In this document: positions 37,214-47,409 of the stretch, one piece after another
Layout: each line of letters starts with the position of its first letter
Numbering within the stretch: position 1 is the first letter of the stretch
Source of the DNA: Chitinophagaceae bacterium
GTDB lineage: Bacteria > Bacteroidota > Bacteroidia > Chitinophagales > Chitinophagaceae
DNA: 64,000 bases
Assembly (NCBI GenBank): GCA_009693715.1
Contig: SHWT01000001.1
Span: forward strand, 5,419 to 69,418
Reading direction: 5' to 3'
Made by a program: the position numbers and the translations under genes
The notes under the pieces: model-generated
The model's input: only the letters and a program-made list of their open reading frames with translations
Databases searched by the model: none
What the model was told of the DNA's origin: nothing

Positions 37214-38311
37214 ATGGCATTACAGGCAGGAATTGTGGGATTACCTAATGTAGGAAAATCAACCTTATTTAACGCAGTAAGTAATAGTGCAAAAGCACAA
37301 GCAAGTAATTATCGTTTTTGCACCATTGAACCGAATGTAGGATTAGTGGATGTACCTGATAATAGAATGCAACAATTAGCAGATTTAATTATTCCCAATC
37401 GTATTGTAGCTACCCAACTAGAAATAGTGGATATTGCGGGTTTGGTAAAAGGTGCAAGTAAAGGAGAAGGTTTGGGAAATAAGTTTTTAGCGAATATCCG
37501 AGAAGTAAGTGCAGTGATACATGTAATTCGTTGTTTTGAAGATGAAAATGTATTAAGGGAGGAAGGCGTCATTAACCCCATTAGTGATAAGGAAATAATT
37601 GAAACTGAATTACAATTAAAGGACTTAGACAGTGTCGATAAAAAGATACAACGTTGTGAAAAAATGGCCAAAACAGATCCAAAAGCCAAAGTGGAATTAG
37701 AAGTTTTGCAAAAATGTAAAACACATTTAGAGCAAGGGAAAAGCATCCGATCCTTAAATTTATCAAAAGAAGATAAATTAGCAATTGCAGATAGTTTTTT
37801 ACTGACAGAGAAGCCAGTAATGTATGTTGCCAATGTAGATGAAGCATCTATGCATACAGGTAATAAGTATTCAGCCATATTGGTTGAAATGGCAAAAAAT
37901 GAAGGTGCCGAAGTTATTGTAATGTGTAATAATATTGAAGCTCAAATTGCTGAATTGGAAGATCCTGCGGATAAGTCGGTGTTTATGGACGAATACCAAA
38001 TGAAGGAGCCTGCATTGAATAGATTAATTCAGTCTGCTTACAAATTATTGAATTTAGAAACCTATTTTACAGCAGGTGTGCAGGAAGTAAGGGCCTGGAC
38101 GATAGAAAAAGGATGGAAAGCACCACAAGCAGCTAGTGTCATTCATACCGATTTTGAAAAAGGATTTATTAAAGCGGAAGTTATCGCATTTGAGGACTTT
38201 ATTAAATACAAGAGTGAGGCTGCTTGCAGGGATAATGGAAAATTAAGAATTGAAGGAAAAGAATATTTAGTAAAAGATGGCGATGTGATGCATTTTAGAT
38301 TTAATGTATAA
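37214..38311 (+). CDS. ychF: Redox-regulated ATPase YchF
   Basis: GIVGLPNVGKSTLFN, FCTIEPN, DIAGLVKGAS and GDVMHFRFNV. Confidence 0.97.
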   Translation: MALQAGIVGLPNVGKSTLFNAVSNSAKAQASNYRFCTIEPNVGLVDVPDNRMQQLADLIIPNRIVATQLEIVDIAGLVKGASKGEGLGNKFLANIREVSAVIHVIRCFEDENVLREEGVINPISDKEIIETELQLKDLDSVDKKIQRCEKMAKTDPKAKVELEVLQKCKTHLEQGKSIRSLNLSKEDKLAIADSFLLTEKPVMYVANVDEASMHTGNKYSAILVEMAKNEGAEVIVMCNNIEAQIAELEDPADKSVFMDEYQMKEPALNRLIQSAYKLLNLETYFTAGVQEVRAWTIEKGWKAPQAASVIHTDFEKGFIKAEVIAFEDFIKYKSEAACRDNGKLRIEGKEYLVKDGDVMHFRFNV

Positions 38312-38329
38312 AACTTGAAATATAAGCGC

Positions 38330-39151
38330 ATGCTTCAGTCAATAAAACACTTACTACTATTTACATTCATGTTTGTAATTATTTCCTGTGGTAATAATAC
38401 TACGTCGGAAAATAAAGCACAAAGTGATAATATTATAAAAGCCCCTACCCAATTACAATATCAGATAGTAAAGGTATATCCACATGATACAAGTGCTTAT
38501 ACACAAGGTTTAGAATGGCATGGTGAAACATTAGTTGAAGGCACCGGTAATTATGGTAAAAGCATACTACATAAAATGGATGCCAATATGCAAGGCATTG
38601 GTAAAAAAATAAATTTACCAAAGGAATTATTTGGTGAAGGAATCACCATCTTCAATGATAAAATTTATCAAATAACTTGGAAAGAGCATAAAGTACTTGT
38701 ATATGATGCAAATACTTTACAAAAAGAAAAAGAATTGTATTGGCAATATGAAGGTTGGGGCATTACACACAGTGATTCCGCTTTAATTATTTCAACAGGT
38801 GGTAGCGACATTTATGTAGTTGACCCCAATACCTTTACCATAAAAAAAACCATTGGCGTATATAATAACTATGGCTATGTCAGTGATATTAATGAATTGG
38901 AATATGTGGATGGCAAAATATACGCAAACATATATGGTCAAAATGAAGTTGTCCTCATTGACCCTGCAACAGGACAAATAGTAAACAGTATAAATTTTAG
39001 TAATTTATTAGCCCAAGCTAACGTAAAATACGACCCTACAACCATAGATATTGGTTATGTATTAAATGGCATCGCGTATCAGCCAAAATCAAAAACATTT
39101 TTTATAACAGGGAAATGTTGGCCAGTCATGGTTGAAATAAAACTAAAATAA
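38330..39151 (+). CDS. Glutaminyl-peptide cyclotransferase (beta-propeller type) lipoprotein
   Basis: Lipobox IISC; YPHD..AYTQGL, FGEG, EGWG, NELE and VLNGIA. Confidence 0.9.
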   Translation: MLQSIKHLLLFTFMFVIISCGNNTTSENKAQSDNIIKAPTQLQYQIVKVYPHDTSAYTQGLEWHGETLVEGTGNYGKSILHKMDANMQGIGKKINLPKELFGEGITIFNDKIYQITWKEHKVLVYDANTLQKEKELYWQYEGWGITHSDSALIISTGGSDIYVVDPNTFTIKKTIGVYNNYGYVSDINELEYVDGKIYANIYGQNEVVLIDPATGQIVNSINFSNLLAQANVKYDPTTIDIGYVLNGIAYQPKSKTFFITGKCWPVMVEIKLK

Positions 39152-39216
39152 AAAAGGGGATATTTGTCTTATAATTATACCCCATTCAAACAAGGGAAAT
39201 AAAGGGCACACTTCTT

Positions 39217-40131
39217 TTAATCTTCTTTTATTTTTTTGATCTCATAGATAATCGAACTCGCTTTTGCATTGGTGTTTAACGCTACTAAATTAGAGATACA
39301 CCCAATCAAAAAAGCCCTTACAATACCCAATAATCCCGTTTCTTTATATTTTTCACTCAACAAGCTTACATAAAAGCTATCAAACCACATGGGCTTTAGA
39401 TTTGCTACTATAAACCCATTTGATTTCATCAAATATTTCATGGAAGAAGGCGAAAAATGATATAAATGTCGAGGCACATCATATGCAGCCCAATAATTTT
39501 TATAAAAATGGGCATCATAACTGGTATGATTAGGCACAGCAATGATTAAACGACCGTTGTGTTTTAATAATTTGCTGAATATTTTAATATAAATTTTCAA
39601 ATCATGGACATGTTCAAGCACATGCCATAAGGCAATTACATCAAAACTATTGGCTTGTAAATTTTCCAGTTCCGAACTAGGAAGTAAATTAATGGCGTAG
39701 TTTTTTAATGCTATTTCACGACTTGAAGCATCAGGTTCAAGCGCAGTCACCTTCCAGCCTTTTTTAGCCATTGCATCAGCAAACGCACCAGTTCCTGCGC
39801 CTACTTCTAATAAAGCGCCTTTATAACCGGTGAATAAGGATTGAACCCAGTCCGTTTTTTGTTTTAAAGTTCGTTGACGTACTTTATGGTATAAAGCGTT
39901 CATCCAACCTTTTTTAATATCGGTATGTGAAATGTATTCCGGAAAATTATAATAAGGCGCAATATTATCCTTGCTAGGAATTGGATGAGTAAAATTTAAA
40001 CTGCATTTGTCACATTGCACTATTTCAAATAAATCACCGGTTAAGGATAAATCGTTTACAGGCATTATGGAGACTACAACATTAGCATCACAAATAGGAC
40101 AAAAAATATTTTGATGATTTGTCAATGCCAT
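39217..40131 (-). CDS. Class I SAM-dependent methyltransferase with N-terminal CxxC pairs
   Basis: CPICD, CDKC, LLEVGAGTG, WHVLEH and YDVPRHLYHF. Confidence 0.9.
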   Translation of the reverse strand: MALTNHQNIFCPICDANVVVSIMPVNDLSLTGDLFEIVQCDKCSLNFTHPIPSKDNIAPYYNFPEYISHTDIKKGWMNALYHKVRQRTLKQKTDWVQSLFTGYKGALLEVGAGTGAFADAMAKKGWKVTALEPDASSREIALKNYAINLLPSSELENLQANSFDVIALWHVLEHVHDLKIYIKIFSKLLKHNGRLIIAVPNHTSYDAHFYKNYWAAYDVPRHLYHFSPSSMKYLMKSNGFIVANLKPMWFDSFYVSLLSEKYKETGLLGIVRAFLIGCISNLVALNTNAKASSIIYEIKKIKED

Positions 40132-40134
40132 AAA

Positions 40135-40623
40135 TTATTGTTTAAATAGAATTGCAAGTATTGCAATCACTGCTAAAGCAATTGCCCAAATTGCCCATTT
40201 ATCATTTTTCTGTGCAGTCAATTCATTTTCAAATATTTCCGAATTGGGTAAATTTCCAACTTCAATATCACTATAAAACTGAGTTGCGTTGAAATGTGAT
40301 TCCCAAATATAACTACCCTCATTTTTTGAAATAACGCCTAAATTGCCAATCATCAGTTTTTGATCATTGTCAAATTTGCCTTCCCAACTTTGTTCATATT
40401 GTATAGCAGCCTGATCCGTTGAAATATCGAGGGCATTTCCTAAAAATTGATAAAATTGTTTTGAAGGTATTCCCGCATTTAATTCAAATTCGATAAATTC
40501 TGAAGGGGACTTTAAAACACCGTCAATTAATTCAGCTTCTTTTTTTAACAATGTTAATTGCCCAACAGAGGGGATGTCCAATTGACCAAAACGAACAAAA
40601 TATTTAATAGCTAACTGAATCAT
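40135..40623 (-). CDS. HU-CCDC81-like domain protein with a C-terminal membrane anchor
   Basis: LDIPSVGQLTL...SPSEFIEF and IGNLG resemble the HU-CCDC81 pair; ends in a hydrophobic helix. Confidence 0.6.
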   Translation of the reverse strand: MIQLAIKYFVRFGQLDIPSVGQLTLLKKEAELIDGVLKSPSEFIEFELNAGIPSKQFYQFLGNALDISTDQAAIQYEQSWEGKFDNDQKLMIGNLGVISKNEGSYIWESHFNATQFYSDIEVGNLPNSEIFENELTAQKNDKWAIWAIALAVIAILAILFKQ

Positions 40624-40625
40624 AC

Positions 40626-42521
40626 TTATTTATAGAACGAATATACAACACCTGCATTAATTTGAACATCTAAGGCCGGATATTCCGCCCATCTTTGATA
40701 TTGGCTATTTAAAAGGTTCGAGGATTTAACCCAAATCTTCCAAGGAATGGATAATTTGTAGGACAAACCAGCATTCAATAAGGTAATTGGATTTAAGGTT
40801 TTCGCAATATAGCTAGAGCCCTCTGATATTGCCTCGATACCTGACATGAAATTTAATGACCCATCAATTAGTAATTTTTTATTGGCCTGCCAGTAAAAAG
40901 TGGAATTAAACTTAACAGGTATAAAGCCCCAAGGCTTTTCATTGTCCTTAATATAATTGAATTGGGTATAATTAAAATGATTATCAATGGAGAATTGATC
41001 ACTAAATTGATAGCGCAAGTTGGCTTCTAAATCAATCGTATTTGCCTTTGATTCAAATAAAGTATAATATTTTAATCCATTCGCAACACGGTTGGTATAA
41101 GTAAGTCCCGATGTAGGACCAACAGGTAAATAAGAAGAAATTGCTAAGGGTTCTTTTGTATAAAAAGGTAAATTAACAAACTTATTTAATGAAAATCCAA
41201 ATCCATACTGTAAATGTTTGGAAGCATTTACCTCGAATTTTAAAAACTGTTTGTCTTGTGAAATAATTTTTAAATTAACGGGTAGCGTAATCCAAGGATT
41301 TTCATTTAACAAATCACCATATTGGGTATTGGTGGTAATATTCATCCAGCCTGCCTTAATAACCCATGTTGTATCCTTTAGATTGTGCTGCAATTGTATG
41401 TTTGGAACTAATTTAAAGCCATCGGTTTTATATACTGGCGAAACCCCCGCCAATATTTTCAACTTCCATTTATTTAAATTTAAGGATGGGTCAAAGCGTA
41501 ACAAAGTGTTTGAGCTAGACGCGTAACTATTAAAATGACTATAACTAAAATTGACATCAAAATTAAATAGCATCTCTCGATTCATTTGATATGACATTGG
41601 ACTTGTTATAGCAATGTAAGTATTGGATTTATTTTGCACATCTGACAAATGTGAAAATTCAAGTTTTGGCCTATACGTAAATGAAGCACCAGGTTTGTAT
41701 TTATTTAAAAAGGCCATGCTAACGCCAATATTGGTGATCTTCTGCAAATAGTTCGCATTGGGCAAACTCAAAGTATCAGGCACTAAACCATATCTGTAAT
41801 ACTGATTTTGATTGGCAAATACATGGGTAAATAAAGCATTGGAGTCATTAAGCATTAAATTGCCTTGATAATCAAATTTGCTAATTCTAAATTTTTGCAA
41901 ATGATGCACACCCTCGGATGACTCCGTTGAAATACCTAAATTATTGATTGCCTTAGGGCCATTATTTATAAAATTAATACTTAACAATTGGTATAAATAA
42001 TTTCCGAAACCTACTTTAACATTGGTATTGCCTACTAAACTAGCTGGACTTGCTAATACAATTGCCAAAGGATTTAATGCAATGGGCCTATACGAAAATG
42101 ATAAATTTTGACTTGGTACTTGATAGGAATATTGCACTGATTGTGTATCCAAAATTGGCGCAGCATTGGTAAAATTTATTTTAACCAAACTTTTTAACTG
42201 CGGTTTAAATGACGATAATATACTCACCACCTTTGTTGGCGCCGTATCCCTCATTACAGGAATTTCAAGAGGCACTTGTTTTACAATATCTTCTATTTTT
42301 ACGGGCTTAATAATAGCTGTATTCGATTTTTTTGAACTACTTTTTTTTGCTCCTTTCTTTTTGGAAGATTTTTTCTTATTACTAGTTGCCGTTTTTTTCT
42401 TTTTAGCTACATTACTTATTTTAGCTTTGGTGTTAGCTTTCTTTTTTTGCCATGCAAACACCTGATGCGATGAAATCACAAGGAAAAAAGTAATGAATAT
42501 ATAGGTAAATAATTTGGACAT
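40626..42521 (-). CDS. Outer-membrane beta-barrel protein (type usually annotated TonB-dependent-receptor-like); start 42521 or 42542
   Basis: Signal peptide, amphipathic beta-strands and C-terminal INAGVVYSF. Confidence 0.7.
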   Translation of the reverse strand: MSKLFTYIFITFFLVISSHQVFAWQKKKANTKAKISNVAKKKKTATSNKKKSSKKKGAKKSSSKKSNTAIIKPVKIEDIVKQVPLEIPVMRDTAPTKVVSILSSFKPQLKSLVKINFTNAAPILDTQSVQYSYQVPSQNLSFSYRPIALNPLAIVLASPASLVGNTNVKVGFGNYLYQLLSINFINNGPKAINNLGISTESSEGVHHLQKFRISKFDYQGNLMLNDSNALFTHVFANQNQYYRYGLVPDTLSLPNANYLQKITNIGVSMAFLNKYKPGASFTYRPKLEFSHLSDVQNKSNTYIAITSPMSYQMNREMLFNFDVNFSYSHFNSYASSSNTLLRFDPSLNLNKWKLKILAGVSPVYKTDGFKLVPNIQLQHNLKDTTWVIKAGWMNITTNTQYGDLLNENPWITLPVNLKIISQDKQFLKFEVNASKHLQYGFGFSLNKFVNLPFYTKEPLAISSYLPVGPTSGLTYTNRVANGLKYYTLFESKANTIDLEANLRYQFSDQFSIDNHFNYTQFNYIKDNEKPWGFIPVKFNSTFYWQANKKLLIDGSLNFMSGIEAISEGSSYIAKTLNPITLLNAGLSYKLSIPWKIWVKSSNLLNSQYQRWAEYPALDVQINAGVVYSFYK

Positions 42522-42528
42522 GCTTTGT

Positions 42529-45500
42529 TTATTGATTTTCAACTTTGTTAGAAATTTTTTCAGCCGTTTGTGCTAAATTATATTTTTGACCTGCCTCCTC
42601 CTTTAAGGAAGTAATAGTTGCATTATCAGTAACACTTTTATAAGTTGCCAATGCATTAAACCAATCCTTTTGTGCTACATAAATATCGCCTAATAAAATA
42701 TAAGCACTCGTTACCCAAAATTCATGTGAAGCTTGTTTTTTTGTTACCTCAAAAGCGGTTTTTTCAGCCAATACATAATTTTTTTGTAAGTATTGCAAAT
42801 GGGCTAATTCATAATGCGCCTCGGCAGTATATATGGAGGAATTATTTAAAATAATTTTACTTAATACGGATATAGCCCCGGCCGTATCATTTTTCAATAA
42901 TTGCTCATGATACAATACCATATTGGCCATTAAAATATCATCCGACGCAAATGTTTTTTCATCAATAATTTGCTTTGCAATGGGGGCCGCTTCAAGCCAT
43001 TTACTATTTTTAAACTGACACCTTAAAACACCACGCAATGCTTCCAAAACATTTTCCTTTTGAACTGCGAATTCCTTTAATTTTAAATAATACTTTTCAG
43101 CCAACGCATAGTTTTTGAAATTGAAATAATTTAACCTAGCCGCAAGTAAGCTGGCGCGTTCGGCATATCGATTGGGTGATTGATCCGCCACTTTTGAAAA
43201 ATAATAGGCAGCAGAATCAAAAGTTTGACTAGCATAATTCATTTCCCCAACCAAATAATTAGATTCAATTTGATAATTCCCATTCGGAAATAATGATAAA
43301 TATTTAATTAAGCCGGCTTTTGCATCCGTATAGTTTTTTTCATCATAGCGCAACATGGCAGAACGATAAGTAAGTGAATCCTGTTCATTGATTGCTAATG
43401 GGTGGCCATTATCGTTCATAAATGAAACATATAATTCTGGCTTTTGGTCTTCAATAAAAATATTTCTAACAAATTCTAATGCATTTTCAGTTTCTACCGA
43501 ATTAGGATATGTTTTTATTAAGGATTGAAAATTTTCTAAGGCTGGTTCATTCTTATTCATATTAAAATAAGTAACCCCTAACTTATATAAGGCGACAGGA
43601 TAAAAGGAAGCCGCTTTCTTGTCAATGACCACCGCACTTAATGGCGCAATGGCTAATTTAAAATCTTCTTTAAAAATATAGGTTTCCGCCAATTCCATTC
43701 TAGCGTCATTCAAATAACTTGAATTTGGATATTGGTTGTCGAATTGCTCCAATAGGTTAATTTTATCATTTGTTTTACCCAATCCACCAAGGATAATTGA
43801 TTTTTGTAAAGTAGCATAGTCTTCCATAGTCCAATGCAAATCAATCACATTTTGGTAGGCTTGGGTTGCTTGTTTAAATTGCTTCAACATCATTAAACAA
43901 TCCGCTGATCTAACATAGGCATCTTGTTGATAACTTTGTTTTGCATTGGCTGGATTTACACTACTCACTGCATTAAAATTGGTCAATGCCTCCTGATAAG
44001 CCCCTTTTTTTAAATAAGCAAATCCTAATGTGTATTTGGCATGTTGTATGGTAATTTCCCCCTCATTGATAGGCGCATTTAAATACTGCGTTAATGCAAT
44101 AATCGTTTCTTCAACATGTCCCATTTTATACCCTAATTCTCCCAACCAAAAGTTCGTTTGACTAATGACATTTTGATTGTTAGCAGTAGTTGTTATTTTA
44201 TTCAATAACTCATATGCCTTATCAATTTGACCATCATTGATGTAAATCACAGTTCTACCAAATAAGATGGTTGGGTAAATTTTTAAAAGTTCTTCATTGG
44301 GGGATTCGATGGATTCGAATGCGGCTAATGCTTGGGCATAATTATTATTTAAAGCCAAGGCTTTAACCCATAGTTGTTTGGATTCTAATAAATAGTTTGA
44401 ATTAGAATAAGTATCCATAAACTGGTCTAATGAAACCACTGCTTGTGCATACTCTTTTAACTCCACAGATAATTTTGCATAATTAAACAAGGAAATCTCC
44501 TTTTGAAGTAAGTTTTGACTTTGGGTGGAGCAAAATAAAAATGCATTTTTAGCACCTTGCTTATCGTCTATTTTGAGATAAGAAGTCGCCAACAAATACA
44601 TACTATTTTGAGCCAAAGAATCACTTCCATTGTTTAATTGCTTAAACCCGGCAATCGCCTTATCCCATTGCTTGGTTTGAAAATAACAAAAGGACAATTG
44701 ATACAAATCCTGTGATTGTACTTTTTCTTGTTTTGAAACATAAGTTGCTAAATAAGGCAAGGCCTTTTCATACTCATTTTTGTCAAACCACAAATGCCCT
44801 AATAATTGTCTTATTTGCGCATCATAATATTGATCTTTCGATTGTAATACTGTGGTACAATATTGTATTGCCTTATTAACATCCCCTATAAAATAATATA
44901 ACTGCCCAATATAAAAAGGAACAACATTGGCATAGTCACTATTATTAGCAGCAATTTCAAAACAGGACAAAGCCAAATTATAGTCTTTGTTTTTTAGTGC
45001 TAAAAAGCCTGCATAGTAATTTGCGTCCGTATAATACAAGCCTGTTTTAATTTGTCGTAAACTATTTAATAAATTATTTGCTTTTTCCCAATCACCTAAT
45101 TTAAAATACAAATACCCAAGATGAAATTTCATTTTGACAATTTCATCATTATTTAAATCTTGGATCGGAACTTTCATATAGGCAATAATTGCTTTATCTG
45201 TTTCTTTAACTTGGTAATAATATTCTCCTAAAAAATATTGTAACCTTGATTGGTAAATGACATTATTAGTTTGCTTGATCCATTTGATTGCTAATTGCTC
45301 AGCAAAAAGTTTTTCAAGATGTAATGACAACATTAAATAGTAATAAGTAACTTGATCATCATTGTTTGAAAACCCATACGCTTGTTCAAATTGTTGAAAA
45401 GCAGTTAAGCTATCTCCAAGCGTAAGCGATTGCAATCCTTTGTTGAAATAAGTGGTGGATTTGTCTATGCTAGATGCAGACTGTGCTCTCCCAGAAAATT

Positions 45501-45552
45501 GGAGAAATATTGAAAAAAAACCAATCAATAAAAATCGATAAAATGGCGCCAT
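42529..45552 (-). CDS. Large secreted tetratricopeptide-repeat protein (1007 aa)
   Basis: Signal peptide and many TPR helix pairs (YFLGEYYY, YYAGFLAL, YLLATSYL, FWLGELGY, YKLGVTYF). Confidence 0.9.
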   Translation of the reverse strand: MAPFYRFLLIGFFSIFLQFSGRAQSASSIDKSTTYFNKGLQSLTLGDSLTAFQQFEQAYGFSNNDDQVTYYYLMLSLHLEKLFAEQLAIKWIKQTNNVIYQSRLQYFLGEYYYQVKETDKAIIAYMKVPIQDLNNDEIVKMKFHLGYLYFKLGDWEKANNLLNSLRQIKTGLYYTDANYYAGFLALKNKDYNLALSCFEIAANNSDYANVVPFYIGQLYYFIGDVNKAIQYCTTVLQSKDQYYDAQIRQLLGHLWFDKNEYEKALPYLATYVSKQEKVQSQDLYQLSFCYFQTKQWDKAIAGFKQLNNGSDSLAQNSMYLLATSYLKIDDKQGAKNAFLFCSTQSQNLLQKEISLFNYAKLSVELKEYAQAVVSLDQFMDTYSNSNYLLESKQLWVKALALNNNYAQALAAFESIESPNEELLKIYPTILFGRTVIYINDGQIDKAYELLNKITTTANNQNVISQTNFWLGELGYKMGHVEETIIALTQYLNAPINEGEITIQHAKYTLGFAYLKKGAYQEALTNFNAVSSVNPANAKQSYQQDAYVRSADCLMMLKQFKQATQAYQNVIDLHWTMEDYATLQKSIILGGLGKTNDKINLLEQFDNQYPNSSYLNDARMELAETYIFKEDFKLAIAPLSAVVIDKKAASFYPVALYKLGVTYFNMNKNEPALENFQSLIKTYPNSVETENALEFVRNIFIEDQKPELYVSFMNDNGHPLAINEQDSLTYRSAMLRYDEKNYTDAKAGLIKYLSLFPNGNYQIESNYLVGEMNYASQTFDSAAYYFSKVADQSPNRYAERASLLAARLNYFNFKNYALAEKYYLKLKEFAVQKENVLEALRGVLRCQFKNSKWLEAAPIAKQIIDEKTFASDDILMANMVLYHEQLLKNDTAGAISVLSKIILNNSSIYTAEAHYELAHLQYLQKNYVLAEKTAFEVTKKQASHEFWVTSAYILLGDIYVAQKDWFNALATYKSVTDNATITSLKEEAGQKYNLAQTAEKISNKVENQ

Positions 45553-45644
45553 GGATTCGTTTTATTAGTAACCTAGTAAAATTACACTACCCTATTAAAA
45601 CGATGTGTTAAATGAGGTTATTGTGGAAAAACAGATTCTATTCG

Positions 45645-45652
45645 TAAATTTG
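45645..45652 (+). promoter_or_regulatory. -7 promoter box (TAAATTTG) for the thioesterase gene
   Basis: Exact consensus match. Confidence 0.55.
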
Positions 45653-45669
45653 TCAACAATTATAAAATT

Positions 45670-46080
45670 ATGTACGAATTTAAAAATCAAATAAGGGTAA
45701 GATATGCGGATGCAGACCCCATGAATGTGGTATATTATGGCAATTATGCCCAATATTTTGAGGTAGGTCGTGTTGAAAGCTTAAGGGCTTTAGGCATTAG
45801 CTACAAGGTGATTGAGGATTTGGGGATCATGCTTCCAGTGGTTGAACTAAATGTTAAATATTTAAGGCCCGCTAGATATGATGATTTATTGACTATTACC
45901 ACCCAATTAAGAGAATTTCCTATTGACCACCGAATCACTTTTCACCAAGAAATTCATAACGAGGAAGGAAAACTGCTGACCATTGGTACCGTAAAACTAT
46001 ATTTTATGGATAAAAACCTTGGTAATAGAGCTTCCATGCCCCCTTACTTAGCTGAAAAACTAAGTTCCTATTTTAGTTAA
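45670..46080 (+). CDS. YbgC/FadM family acyl-CoA thioesterase
   Basis: RVRYADADPMNVVYYGNYAQYFEVGR hot-dog motif. Confidence 0.9.
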   Translation: MYEFKNQIRVRYADADPMNVVYYGNYAQYFEVGRVESLRALGISYKVIEDLGIMLPVVELNVKYLRPARYDDLLTITTQLREFPIDHRITFHQEIHNEEGKLLTIGTVKLYFMDKNLGNRASMPPYLAEKLSSYFS

Positions 46081-46126
46081 AGCGCCTATTTTTGATTTAC
46101 TTTGCATTCTAATTTAACCCTGACGA

Positions 46127-47383
46127 ATGGATCAAAATAAAGCCGCTATTATCACCATCGGAGACGAGCTTTTAATTGGGCAAGTCATTGACACAAATAG
46201 TGCATTTATAGCGCAATCCTTAAATGCTATTGGCGTCACGGTCACCAATAGAATAGCTGTAGGAGATGACAAATTAGCGATATCAAATGCACTAGATAAT
46301 GCCCTTAAGGAAAATAATATCATTATTCTTACAGGAGGTTTGGGCCCTACTTCAGACGACATCACCAAACCATTTTTAACTGAATATTTTGGGGGTACCA
46401 TAGTAGTGCATCAACCTACGCTTGATCATATTACTTATATTTTTGAACAGATTCATAAGCGTCCTATGATTGATCGCAATCGCAAACAAGCAGAAGTGCC
46501 TGATTCTTGCGAAGTGTTATTCAACGAAACGGGAACAGCACCTGGTATGTTATTCAAAAAAAATGGTGCTTTTATTTTTTCACTTCCGGGCGTACCCCAT
46601 GAAATGAAATGGTTGACAGAAAATAAAGTAATCCCCTATTTACAAAGTAAAATTATTTCAAGCCATGTTGGCCATAGAACCTTGCTAACTGAAGGTATTG
46701 GAGAATCATTCCTTGCTGAAATAATTTTAGATTTTGAAAATAATTTACCAGCAACACTTAAATTAGCCTATCTACCCAATTTTGGTATGGTCCGATTAAG
46801 ATTAACCGGACAAGACAATGACAGCAAACAATTAAATACATTACTTGACCAACAATTCGAATTATTAAAAATAGCAGTAGCTGAATTTTTAGTAACCGAT
46901 TTGGATGAAACCATGGAAATAGTGGTTGGAAAACTACTAAAATCAAGTGGAAAAACTGTGTCAACTGCTGAAAGTTGCACCGGAGGATTTATTGGTCATT
47001 TGTTATCCAAGCACGCAGGATCCTCTCAATTTTATACAGGCGGAATTATTAGTTATGATAACAGAATAAAAACTGAGTTTTTAGACGTCCCCACCAATAT
47101 TTTACAAACCGTAGGTGCCGTAAGTAAGGAAGCGGTTGAACAAATGGCAAAAGCTGTTAGGGAAAAGATGAATACCGATTACGCAGTGTCGGTAAGTGGT
47201 ATTATGGGGCCAACAGGAAAAACGGACGAAAAGCCACTGGGTATGGTTTGGATTGGTGTAGCAGATAAGGAAAGGGTATTTTCGAAGGTATTATACTTAA
47301 GATTTGACAGGCAAAGGAATATCGAAATTACAGCTACTCAGGCTATAAATTTACTTAGGTTGTTAATAATCAATAAAATTTAG
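46127..47383 (+). CDS. cinA: Competence/damage-inducible protein A (MoCF domain plus PncC NMN deamidase domain)
   Basis: IGDELLIGQVIDTNS, GGLGPTSDD, LPGVP and STAESCTGG. Confidence 0.92.
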   Translation: MDQNKAAIITIGDELLIGQVIDTNSAFIAQSLNAIGVTVTNRIAVGDDKLAISNALDNALKENNIIILTGGLGPTSDDITKPFLTEYFGGTIVVHQPTLDHITYIFEQIHKRPMIDRNRKQAEVPDSCEVLFNETGTAPGMLFKKNGAFIFSLPGVPHEMKWLTENKVIPYLQSKIISSHVGHRTLLTEGIGESFLAEIILDFENNLPATLKLAYLPNFGMVRLRLTGQDNDSKQLNTLLDQQFELLKIAVAEFLVTDLDETMEIVVGKLLKSSGKTVSTAESCTGGFIGHLLSKHAGSSQFYTGGIISYDNRIKTEFLDVPTNILQTVGAVSKEAVEQMAKAVREKMNTDYAVSVSGIMGPTGKTDEKPLGMVWIGVADKERVFSKVLYLRFDRQRNIEITATQAINLLRLLIINKI

Positions 47384-47409
47384 TCTTATTTTTACTAAAA
47401 TTTACCCTT

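Noticed and set aside
37309-37878. 189-aa antisense ORF (also 218-499, 2167-2535, 42166-42465, 47502-47828, 49418-49723, 59683-60036 and the other short overlapping ORFs)
   Set aside because: These are shadow frames opposite or within well-conserved genes, with no recognisable motifs or independent expression signals.
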